Shown piece after piece: positions 8,739-16,489 of a stretch of 32,000 nt of DNA (positions are counted from its first letter, which is position 1; each line of letters begins with the position of its first letter). The DNA is from Aliarcobacter cibarius. Its GTDB lineage: Bacteria; Campylobacterota; Campylobacteria; Campylobacterales; Arcobacteraceae. The DNA lies in contig NZ_CP054051.1 in the NCBI RefSeq assembly GCF_013372265.1, forward strand, positions 1,790,596 to 1,822,595. The letters are read 5' to 3'. The position numbers and the translations under genes were made by a program. Below the pieces are notes generated by a model. It saw only the letters and a program-made list of their open reading frames with translations. It was not told where the DNA came from and ran no database searches.

Positions 8739-8744
8739 AGATAT

Positions 8745-10796
8745 CTAAAAAAGATTTTTAAGATTATTTATTATCTCTTTCCCTTCCTCATCTTCTTTTT
8801 CTTTTCCTAGAAATTTATTTAATTTTTCCCCTAATTTATCTGCTTTTTTATCCAAAATTTCTTTTAAATCAAAAGAAATGGTAGGGTTATATAAATCATT
8901 TTGCAAAATAATTGTGAATTTATCATCTTTAATTTCTGTATCAATTTTTGCAAAAATTGTATTATTTTCTAAATCAATTTTAGAATTGTTTACTTCTATC
9001 TTACTTTTAGTACTTTGCATTAATAAATTCGATGTTAGAAGTTTATCATCAATTTTTGTATTAAGTTTTGAATTTTTATAAATCTCTTTTGTTAAATCAA
9101 CTTTAGCGAACTGATTAACAAGCTTTGTAAAATCATTTTCTAAAAAATGCCCATCTTCAAAGTCTCCTATTAAATCACCTTTTTTTGTTAAGAGATTATA
9201 ATTTAGTTTTAAATTTGCTTTTGAATCAAAATTTTCTTTTTGATTTATTAAATATAAAAATTTTTTCATACTTGATTCTTTTAAATTCGCATCGAATATA
9301 TTATCATTTAATACAAAATCAAAATTTCCATTTGCGAGATTTGATTTTCCATCTATATAAAGCTTATTTTTTACAACCTTAATATTTCCATCTAATTTAG
9401 CATCCCCTCTTAATAAAATTTTAGTAAAATCTTTTAATTTTGATAAATCATTTGAAGTAAATGTATAATTTCCTAATATATCTGAAGTTTTAAAATCAAA
9501 TATCAAATTGTTTATATCTAAATTTGCAATATTTGATGATGTTATTATTTTAGAAATTGCACTACTATTTTCATATTTTGTATCAATTTTACTATCTAAA
9601 ACAATAGTCTCATTTATATTTTTATTATAAACAGCATTTATTACTTCATTTATCAATTTAATATTTTTTAAGTTGATAAAACTATTTCCATTTAGCTCTT
9701 TAAAATTATTTATTTTTCCAGAAGCTTCAAAATTTCCTACAGCATATACAGGTTCATCTACAAGTTTAAAAAAGTTTTCTATTTTTGCATCTAAAATATT
9801 AAATTCTAGTTGTTTTAAAGAATTATCTTTTATTACAAATTTATAGTGCGTCTTACCTTCCATAATATTTGAATTTCCTTCAACATTAACATGACTATCA
9901 ACTGATTTTAAAATTCCTTGAGTTTGTAATTCTCCTTTTAATTTTTTACCAATAAAAATTTCGAGTTTTTCTAAATTTTTTACAAAAAGATTAAATTCAC
10001 TAAAATAGTCTTTATTCAATAAATCAAATTCAAATTTATCTAAATTAAAATCTAATAATGAACTTTTAAAATTAATGTTTGAAATAGCTTTATTATCAAT
10101 AAATGTACTATTTATTATTGTTCCATAACTAACATTTGAAGGTAAACCATGTTCAAATTCTTTATTTATGACTTCATTATTTAAAATACCCTCTTCTATT
10201 GTCGCTTTTAATTCTCCATTTAATTTTTCGGAATTAAAATTACTAATCTTTGCATCAACATTTAAAATTCCTTTAGAATATATAGGTTGATTTAATAAAA
10301 GTAAAAGTTCATCTATTTTTAAATTTTTAGAATCTAATAAAATATTATTTATTTCAAAATCTACTAAATTTAAATTATATTTAGTCTCTCCGCTTGCAAA
10401 ATTTGAAACTCCACTTACGTTTGAACTATTTTTATCACCTACGAAAGTTCCATTTGTAAAAAAAGATCCTTTAAACTCATAATTAAATAGATTCTTTAAA
10501 TTCTCTAATTCATTTATTTTTATATCATACTTTAAATCTACTTCCTTACTAAATAACTCAAATTTTCCATTTACATTTATGTATGAACTATCATCTATGC
10601 TTGCATTAAAATCTAATGTTTTGAATGTAAAACTTAATTTATCAACTTTAAATTTAACTTTATCTTGCTCAGTATTTACTTTTTTTTCAATATAAGATGC
10701 TATCAAAGAGTTCCCATAGTTTGTAAATAAAATTCCAAAAAATAAACTTAAAAATATAAAAATAAAAATAAAAAATATTATAAAAAACTTCTTCAA
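8745..10796 (-). CDS. Large N-terminally anchored, N/K-rich beta-rich envelope protein, AsmA-family-like
   Basis: A single N-terminal TM (FFIIFFIFIFIFLSLFFGILF) followed by about 650 aa of alternating beta-like segments that resemble the TamB paralogue at the right edge. The C-terminus (LYNPTISFDLKEIL, then a charged tail) is like AsmA C-terminal regions. TTG start with AAGGA 5 nt upstream. The family call is tentative. Confidence 0.5.
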   Translation of the reverse strand: MKKFFIIFFIFIFIFLSLFFGILFTNYGNSLIASYIEKKVNTEQDKVKFKVDKLSFTFKTLDFNASIDDSSYINVNGKFELFSKEVDLKYDIKINELENLKNLFNYEFKGSFFTNGTFVGDKNSSNVSGVSNFASGETKYNLNLVDFEINNILLDSKNLKIDELLLLLNQPIYSKGILNVDAKISNFNSEKLNGELKATIEEGILNNEVINKEFEHGLPSNVSYGTIINSTFIDNKAISNINFKSSLLDFNLDKFEFDLLNKDYFSEFNLFVKNLEKLEIFIGKKLKGELQTQGILKSVDSHVNVEGNSNIMEGKTHYKFVIKDNSLKQLEFNILDAKIENFFKLVDEPVYAVGNFEASGKINNFKELNGNSFINLKNIKLINEVINAVYNKNINETIVLDSKIDTKYENSSAISKIITSSNIANLDINNLIFDFKTSDILGNYTFTSNDLSKLKDFTKILLRGDAKLDGNIKVVKNKLYIDGKSNLANGNFDFVLNDNIFDANLKESSMKKFLYLINQKENFDSKANLKLNYNLLTKKGDLIGDFEDGHFLENDFTKLVNQFAKVDLTKEIYKNSKLNTKIDDKLLTSNLLMQSTKSKIEVNNSKIDLENNTIFAKIDTEIKDDKFTIILQNDLYNPTISFDLKEILDKKADKLGEKLNKFLGKEKEDEEGKEIINNLKNLF

Positions 10797-10882
10797 GACA
10801 ATCCTTCTTTAATAATTTTAAAAATTATAACAAATATTTAATAACAATTTTATATTTTAGCTATTTTTTAGTAATATTTTTT

Positions 10883-10888
10883 TATAAT
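10883..10888 (+). promoter_or_regulatory. Candidate -10 hexamer for atpE
   Basis: TATAAT is preceded by a T-run (ATATTTTTT), about 75 bp upstream of the atpE ATG. In an AT-rich intergenic region this could occur by chance. Confidence 0.35.
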
Positions 10889-10962
10889 CTCAGCCATCAA
10901 AGTATTTAGTAGGGATACGCAAGCCGAATTTGCTTTGAAAATATATAATTTAAGGAAAAGAA

Positions 10963-11277
10963 ATGAAAAAAATCGTTCTTTTAATGCTAGCTATTGCTGG
11001 TTTTGCATTCGCTGCTGATGAAGCTGTTGTAAATGAAACTTTAAAAGCATACTCTGTAGTTGCTGCTGGAATTGGATTAGGTCTTGCTGCACTTGGTGGT
11101 GCTATTGGTATGGGTAATACTGCTGCTGCAACTATTGCTGGTACTGCTAGAAACCCAGGTTTAGGTGGAAAATTAATGACTACTATGTTCATTGCATTAG
11201 CGATGATCGAAGCTCAAGTTATTTATGCGCTTGTTATTGCAATGATCGCATTATATGCAAATCCATTCTTAGGGTAA
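10963..11277 (+). CDS. atpE: F0F1 ATP synthase subunit c
   Basis: Two-helix proteolipid with a GxGxGxG helix-1 packing motif (GLGLAALGGAIGMG), a polar loop ARNPG, and the ion-binding carboxylate in helix 2 (ALAMIEAQVIYALV). Strong RBS (TAAGGAAAAGAA-ATG). Locally higher GC than the surrounding sequence. Confidence 0.95.
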   Translation: MKKIVLLMLAIAGFAFAADEAVVNETLKAYSVVAAGIGLGLAALGGAIGMGNTAAATIAGTARNPGLGGKLMTTMFIALAMIEAQVIYALVIAMIALYANPFLG

Positions 11278-11306
11278 TCTTTAAATCTACAGATTTAATA
11301 ATATCC

Positions 11307-11339
11307 AAGGTCAAGAAGTTTATCTTCTTGACCTTTTTT
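11307..11339 (+). terminator. Rho-independent terminator after atpE
   Basis: Perfect 12-bp stem AAGGTCAAGAAG (11307-11318) / CTTCTTGACCTT (11324-11335) with a 5-nt loop, running into a T-tract. Confidence 0.75.
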
Positions 11340-11350
11340 CTTATAAAAAT

Positions 11351-11435
11351 GCGGCTGTGGTGAAACGGTAGACACACTACCTTGAGGTGGTAGCGCCCTA
11401 CGGGTGTGCGAGTTCAAATCTCGCCAGCCGCACCA
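11351..11435 (+). tRNA. tRNA-Leu (anticodon GAG), class II with a long variable arm and encoded CCA
   Basis: Hand-folded cloverleaf. Acceptor GCGGCTG/CAGCCGC. D stem GTG/CAC. Anticodon stem CTACC/GGTAG with loop TTGAGGT (anticodon GAG). Variable arm of about 14 nt, CGCCC..GGGTG. T arm GCGAG-TTCAAAT-CTCGC. Discriminator A followed by CCA. Confidence 0.93.
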
Positions 11436-11545
11436 TCGAGTTGATAGACTTTAGAAGCTCTTTAGCTATCTTCTTTAAACTTACACTTTACCTACCAATA
11501 CACAAAACGATACACAAACTGAAACTTTTATTGAAGGTTTTTAGA

Positions 11546-12079
11546 GTGATTTCTTTAGTTAAAACAACAAATAACTATTACAAAATTAGACTAAGAGTTT
11601 ATTATAAGTTAGTACCCTACTTCAAAAGAAATGAAATAAACAAAAGTTTGAGAACTAAAAAACTTACTGAAGCAAAAATGAAAGCTACTAATAACATATC
11701 AGTAATTTTTAATAGGGTTGATGTATGTAAAGTTTCAGTTTTTTCAAGAGAGTTACTACAAGTATTTTTAAATATTATGAAAAATGCAAAAGAGGCATTT
11801 GAAAATAAAAATATAGAAAATAAAATAATTGAAATATCTATCAGAAAAATAAATGAAACGGTAAAAATTGAGATTTATGATAACGCTGGAAATATAGATG
11901 AAAAGATAAAAGATAAGATTTTTGACCCTTATTTTTCCACAAAAGATGAAAAAACAGGAACAGGACTAGGAATGTACATGTCAAAAACAATTATAGAAAA
12001 ACATCTAAACGGCCAACTTGGATTCTATAATAAAGATGAAGGAGTAGTTTTCTTTATAGACTTAATTTCACAAGAGTGA
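11546..12079 (+). pseudogene. Chimeric remnant: N-terminal roughly 45-50 codons of a tyrosine-integrase-type protein fused in frame to the C-terminal HATPase domain of a histidine kinase
   Basis: From GTG 11546 the frame reads VISLVKTTNNYYKIRLRVYYKLVPYFKRNEINKSLRTKKLTEAKMKA. This resembles the integrase N-terminal arm-binding pattern Y-Y-x-R-x-R-x-P-x-x-L-x-x-Y-F-x-K-x-E-I-x-K-S-L-x-T. It then switches to a kinase ATP-binding domain: N box LLQVFLNIMKNAKEAF, G1 YDNAGNI, F box FDPYFSTK, G2 GTGLGMY. There is no DHp/H-box, no sensor and no integrase catalytic domain. An internal ATG at 11678 could give a 133-aa ATPase-only product. The ORF-track start at 11387 lies inside the tRNA and is an artefact. 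Confidence 0.55.
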
Positions 12080-12083
12080 TATT

Positions 12084-12473
12084 TTATTTTTCCAATAAAA
12101 TATCAGCTTTTGTTTTTAATTTCTTCTTGTGTAAAAGCTCTTTTTCTCTTTGTGAAAAACTCTCTTCTTTTTCAATTTTTGGCTCTTTTTTTACAGCTTT
12201 TTTCTTATCTTCTTTAACCTCTGACTCTTTTTTGAAAATAGTCAAAACAAGATATATTGAAAGTAAAATATTGAATAGTATTATAAACCACTTTCCAAAA
12301 AGTATATATTTTAAGTACTCTATATTTTGTGTAATTTTTAAATATTCAACAATATCTCCATAAATAAATCCAGAAAATAATGCAACTAAAGTAAGGAAAA
12401 ATATTAATATAGCCCTTTTTCTAAATTTATATAAGTAGTACCAAAACAGTGCAGATTTTACTTGCTTAAACAT
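12084..12473 (-). CDS. Hypothetical small membrane protein with a Lys/Glu-rich C-terminal tail
   Basis: Two to three hydrophobic segments (AILIFFLTLVALFSGFIYG, WFIILFNILLSIYLVLTIF) followed by KKESEVKEDKKKAVKKEPKIEKEE. The antisense ORF 12076..12363 is F/S-rich junk. I recognise no family. Confidence 0.55.
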   Translation of the reverse strand: MFKQVKSALFWYYLYKFRKRAILIFFLTLVALFSGFIYGDIVEYLKITQNIEYLKYILFGKWFIILFNILLSIYLVLTIFKKESEVKEDKKKAVKKEPKIEKEESFSQREKELLHKKKLKTKADILLEK

Positions 12474-12481
12474 CTTTTAGC

Positions 12482-12799
12482 CTAAACAAAAAAGTTAATA
12501 CCAAGAGCTGCAAGTGCAACAGCTAATGATTTCGTTTTTAAATCATCTATAATTTTTCTCTCTTCATCTGCAATAATTATCTCTAAATCTTCATCTGTAA
12601 AATCGTCTAATGTTTTATGATTTTCAACAAGTCGTGCTTTTGTAGCAATAATAGCTTTTTCTCTAATTTTTAAATTTATCAAATCTTTTAACTGATTACT
12701 TTTTATTTTTGGATAATCAAAAACTTTTGTTGCACCTTCGCTTGCAATATTTACAATCTCTTTTGATTTCTCTTTTAAAATATCTTTAATTCCCATCAT
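12482..12799 (-). CDS. Hypothetical protein with a C-terminal hydrophobic anchor
   Basis: 105-aa charged helical protein ending in SLAVALAALGINFFV. It ends 8 bp upstream of the next gene on the same strand. I recognise no family. Confidence 0.55.
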   Translation of the reverse strand: MMGIKDILKEKSKEIVNIASEGATKVFDYPKIKSNQLKDLINLKIREKAIIATKARLVENHKTLDDFTDEDLEIIIADEERKIIDDLKTKSLAVALAALGINFFV

Positions 12800-12839
12800 C
12801 TACCTTTTAAAAATTTAAAAGATTGTATCATAGAAATAT

Positions 12840-12953
12840 TTACGAAAGGTATTCCCATCTTTTATATTTTGAGGCTAATTCTTTTAATTCATCAAAACCA
12901 AAGACTTTAATAAATACAAATCTTCCACTTTCCAAAAAAGCTTTAATTTTCAT
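12840..12953 (-). CDS. Possible 37-codon small ORF (MKIKAFLESGRFVFIKVFGFDELKELASKYKRWEYLS)
   Basis: Read by hand and not in the supplied ORF track because it is short. ATG preceded by AAAGGA with a 5-nt spacer. It lies 40 bp upstream of the 105-aa gene on the same strand and divergent from the HTH gene. There is no homology evidence. Confidence 0.25.
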   Translation of the reverse strand: MKIKAFLESGRFVFIKVFGFDELKELASKYKRWEYLS

Positions 12954-13076
12954 AAAAATCCTTTTTATAATAATAGTTTATTTTATTAAATCTTAACTAA
13001 TTTCTTGCTTAATAATATATGCTTTTATATATTTATTAATATTTTATGATATACTTTTGTATATTTAAGGAAGATT

Positions 13077-13313
13077 ATGGACAAAGAAGAATTTAAAAAC
13101 CTTTTAAAAAAAGCAAAGCTCACAAAATCATCGTTTTCTAGACTTTTGGGTTTAAAATATCAAAGTGTAAATACATGGGGAAACAACAGTAGAGGAATTC
13201 CATATTGGGTTAAATCTTGGCTACATTTGTATATTTTAAATATGGAATATGAAAATTTAAAAACAGTTCTAAAAAATAGTAATATTTGTGATGAATTAAA
13301 TAAGAAAAAATAA
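13077..13313 (+). CDS. Small helix-turn-helix (XRE/Cro-like) DNA-binding protein
   Basis: LTKSSFSRLLGLKYQSVNTWGNN fits a helix-turn-helix followed by the W-x-x-G/N pattern common in XRE-type regulators. Good RBS (TAAGGAAGATT-ATG). Confidence 0.6.
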   Translation: MDKEEFKNLLKKAKLTKSSFSRLLGLKYQSVNTWGNNSRGIPYWVKSWLHLYILNMEYENLKTVLKNSNICDELNKKK

Positions 13314-13373
13314 TATAAAAGCCGTAACAAAGCCTTTTTTTTGTATATTATCAAAAAATATACAGGAAAAAAT

Positions 13374-14609
13374 ATGCGTGATTTTTTACAAAAAGCTAAA
13401 CAAAGCAGCCGTATTATCGGCACTTTGGGAACTGCAATGAAAAATAATATTTTACTCCAAATGGCAGACGAATTAATCAACTCTACTTTTATGATTTTAG
13501 AGGCTAATAATCTTGACATGCAAGTTGCAAAAGAGATGAATTTAAGCTCTGCCATGCAGGATAGACTTTTTTTAAATGAAAAAAGAGTTTGTGATATGGC
13601 AAATGCAATAAGACAAATTGCTTCACAAACTGAACCAGTAGGAAAAATTCTTGATGGTTGGGTAACAAAAGATGGTTTAAATATTCAAAAAGTATCTATT
13701 CCAATAGGAGTTATTGGGATCATCTATGAAAGCCGTCCAAATGTTACAAGTGATACAGCAGCTTTATGCTTTAAAAGTGGAAATGTTTGCGTGCTAAAAG
13801 GTGGAAAAGAGGCTGAAAATTCAAATCAAGCAATAGCTAAAATTTTGCAAGCCGTACTAGAAAAAAATTCCCTTCCAAAAGAAGCTATATCTTTACTTCC
13901 AGATAGTAGTCGTGAGGGTGTTGCAAAATTAATCAAAGAAGATAAATTTGTAGATTTAATAGTTCCAAGAGGTGGAGAGGCATTAATTAGATTTATTAGC
14001 GAAAACTCTGCTATTCCTGTTATTAAACATGATAAAGGTATTTGTCATACTTATATAGATGAAGATGCAGCAATTGGTAAAGTTACAGATATTGTAATAA
14101 ATGCTAAATGCCAAAGACCTAGTGCTTGTAATTCATTAGAAACTTTATTAATCCATCAAAATATAGCTCCACACATTTTAAATGGCCTTGATGAATCTTT
14201 AAAAGAGCAAAATACTACAATAAAAGGTTGTACTGAGACTTTAAATTATATAAAAGCTATTCCTTTGATTGAAAAAGATTTTGATATAGAATATTTAGAC
14301 AATGTTTTAAATATAAAAATTGTAAAAAATATTGATGAAGCTATCAATCATATTCAAAAACATGGTTCAGGCCACTCTGAAGCTATTTTAAGTGAGAATT
14401 ATACAGCTATTAACAAGTTTTTAAATGAAGTTGATGCAGCTTGTGTTTATGCAAATGCTAGCACAAGATTTACTGATGGAGGAGAGTTTGGATTAGGTGC
14501 TGAAGTTGGAATTTCTACAAATAAACTTCATTCAAGAGGTCCAATGGGAATAAATGATTTAACAACATTTAAATACAAAATATATGGCAATGGCCAAATC
14601 AGAAAGTAG
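13374..14609 (+). CDS. proA: Glutamate-5-semialdehyde dehydrogenase (gamma-glutamyl phosphate reductase)
   Basis: Motifs VIGIIYESRPNVT, VLKGGKEA, IVPRGG and the catalytic-Cys region CQRPSACNSLETLLIH. I prefer ATG 13374 (ACAGGAAAAAAT-ATG) over the ORF-track TTG at 13341. Confidence 0.93.
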   Translation: MRDFLQKAKQSSRIIGTLGTAMKNNILLQMADELINSTFMILEANNLDMQVAKEMNLSSAMQDRLFLNEKRVCDMANAIRQIASQTEPVGKILDGWVTKDGLNIQKVSIPIGVIGIIYESRPNVTSDTAALCFKSGNVCVLKGGKEAENSNQAIAKILQAVLEKNSLPKEAISLLPDSSREGVAKLIKEDKFVDLIVPRGGEALIRFISENSAIPVIKHDKGICHTYIDEDAAIGKVTDIVINAKCQRPSACNSLETLLIHQNIAPHILNGLDESLKEQNTTIKGCTETLNYIKAIPLIEKDFDIEYLDNVLNIKIVKNIDEAINHIQKHGSGHSEAILSENYTAINKFLNEVDAACVYANASTRFTDGGEFGLGAEVGISTNKLHSRGPMGINDLTTFKYKIYGNGQIRK

Positions 14610-14617
14610 GAATTTCA

Positions 14618-16489
14618 ATGACAACTAGACTTTTTTTAACATTTCTTAGCTCTTTAGCTATTATGTTTTTTTGGCTTTTTTTAGGAGAAAAAGCTATTTT
14701 AAAAGATGATTCAAATAAATTTTCAAAGCTACAATGTGTATCTTATGCACCATTTGGAAAAGATGAATCTCCTTTTTTATTTGATAAAGGATTAGTATTA
14801 AAAGAAGAGAATATCAAAAAAGATTTAGAACTTCTTTCAAAATATACAAGTTGTATTAGAACATACTCAACAGTTGGACTTGAAGCAATACCAAAATATG
14901 CAAAAGAGTATAATCTTCAAATGTTAATGGGTGTATGGGTTAGTAAAAGTGAAAAACAATCTAGAGATGAAATTGAAACTTTAAAAAAATTAGCATCACA
15001 ATATCCTGAAGTTATTAAAAGTGTTATTGTTGGTAATGAAGTTCTTCTAAGAGGTGATTTAAGTGAGAAAAAATTAACAGAATATATCTTAGAAGTAAAA
15101 CAAGCTTTACCAAATATAAGAGTAACTTATGCAGATGTTTGGGAATTCTGGCTTAAACATCCAAATATGAAAAATGTTACTGACTTTGTAACTATTCACA
15201 TTTTACCTTATTGGGAAGATTTACCAATGAGTATTGAGAAATCTATTAATCATTTAGCTGATGTTAGAGTAAAAGTTGAAAAAGAGTTAGGAACTTCTAA
15301 TATTTTAATAGGTGAAACTGGTTGGCCAAGCGAAGGAAGAGCAAGAGAAGATGCTGTTCCAAGTAGAATAAATCAAGCAAAATATGTAAGAGATTTTGTA
15401 AATCTTGCAAATGAAAGAAATTGGAATTACAACATAATCGAAGCTTTTGATCAACCTTGGAAAAGAGTTAGTGAAGGTGCTGTTGGTGGATATTGGGGGC
15501 TTTTTGATGCAGATAGAGCTGATAAAAATGTATTTGCAGGAGATGTTTCAAACTTCCCTAATTATCTATATTTAGCATTTGTATCTTTAGGGTTAGCACT
15601 AGCTTTCTCAACAATGCTTAGAAAGAAAAAACTATCAAAAACTAGAATAATAGCATTTAGCATAGTAAATACTATTTTTGCACTACTTTTAACTCTACAA
15701 ATTGAGCAATATTATGTAATTTCTAGAAATTATTTAGAAGCTTCTTGGGCAATAATAGTTGTTGGATTATGTTTATATATGTACAATTTTGTGCTTGTTA
15801 AAATCTTACAAACTACAAAAGATGATTTTATACCTAAATATCCTTTCTATTTAGCAGCCTTCTTAGTATTTATAATCTCTACAAATTTAGCATATAATGG
15901 AAGATATGAAAACTTTGAGATTTATGGTTTTGCGCTTCTAGCAATTTCATTTATTTATACTTTAGTTGGAAGATTTAAAGAGTTACATTTTGGATTATTT
16001 GAAAAACTTTTAGGAACAACTATATTTATAAATGCCGTTGTGACTTTATACAATGAAACTATTTTAAATGTGTTTTCAAATATCTGGTTTATTATAACTT
16101 TGGTTTTTGCTTCTATATTAATTATAAGTAAAGAGTCAATATTTAAAGCAAAAGAGTATATTTTCTTTGCAATAATTTTTACTACACTAATAGCTCTATT
16201 TAAAAGTGGCTTCATTTCAAACAATGAATTAGCTATTGCTTGTAACAATGATGGAAGTGGTTTAAGTTGTACTTTAAGAAGCTCTATGTGGTCTTATATT
16301 TATTTTGGATACTTAGGTGTATTAGCCTTAATTTTTGGTATTCTAAGCCTTATTTTAAATAATAAAAGATTTACTATTTTAGGACTTTTTATTGCTATTT
16401 TCTCAATTATTCTTACAAATACTTTCTTAGGAAGTATTGCATTTATGTTAGTAATTTATTCTATTTCAAAACAAATTTATAAAAAATAG
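14618..16489 (+). CDS. Glycoside hydrolase family 17 (beta-1,3-glucanase/transglycosylase) domain fused to a roughly 10-TM membrane domain
   Basis: N-terminal anchor. GH-A clan acid/base motif VIVGNEVL and nucleophile motif SNILIGETGWPSEG, which fits the GH17 active-site signature as I recall it. From about residue 310 there are roughly ten hydrophobic helices to the C-terminus. Confidence 0.8.
   Translation: MTTRLFLTFLSSLAIMFFWLFLGEKAILKDDSNKFSKLQCVSYAPFGKDESPFLFDKGLVLKEENIKKDLELLSKYTSCIRTYSTVGLEAIPKYAKEYNLQMLMGVWVSKSEKQSRDEIETLKKLASQYPEVIKSVIVGNEVLLRGDLSEKKLTEYILEVKQALPNIRVTYADVWEFWLKHPNMKNVTDFVTIHILPYWEDLPMSIEKSINHLADVRVKVEKELGTSNILIGETGWPSEGRAREDAVPSRINQAKYVRDFVNLANERNWNYNIIEAFDQPWKRVSEGAVGGYWGLFDADRADKNVFAGDVSNFPNYLYLAFVSLGLALAFSTMLRKKKLSKTRIIAFSIVNTIFALLLTLQIEQYYVISRNYLEASWAIIVVGLCLYMYNFVLVKILQTTKDDFIPKYPFYLAAFLVFIISTNLAYNGRYENFEIYGFALLAISFIYTLVGRFKELHFGLFEKLLGTTIFINAVVTLYNETILNVFSNIWFIITLVFASILIISKESIFKAKEYIFFAIIFTTLIALFKSGFISNNELAIACNNDGSGLSCTLRSSMWSYIYFGYLGVLALIFGILSLILNNKRFTILGLFIAIFSIILTNTFLGSIAFMLVIYSISKQIYKK

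Noticed and set aside
10963-11277. atpE stands alone without the rest of the atp operon.
   Set aside because: A detached subunit c gene is, to my knowledge, normal in Campylobacterota genomes. The gene is intact, with its own RBS and terminator.
11387-11545. The 5' part of the 230-aa ORF (MVAPYGCASSNLASRT...) that starts inside the tRNA-Leu gene.
   Set aside because: The first roughly 50 codons are simply the tRNA 3' half and its downstream spacer read as protein. Only the part from about 11546 onward has protein-like content.
13049-13064. Small palindromes (ATATAC-TTTT-GTATAT and similar) upstream of the HTH gene, considered as operators.
   Set aside because: Six-bp A/T palindromes are abundant throughout this window's intergenic DNA, so this is not distinguishable from background without binding or conservation data.
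13341-13373. ORF-track start codons at TTG 13341 (proA) and TTG 23484 (MCP).
   Set aside because: In both cases a downstream ATG (13374 and 23472) has a properly spaced purine-rich RBS and gives an N-terminus matching the family. The TTGs overlap or precede the RBS itself.
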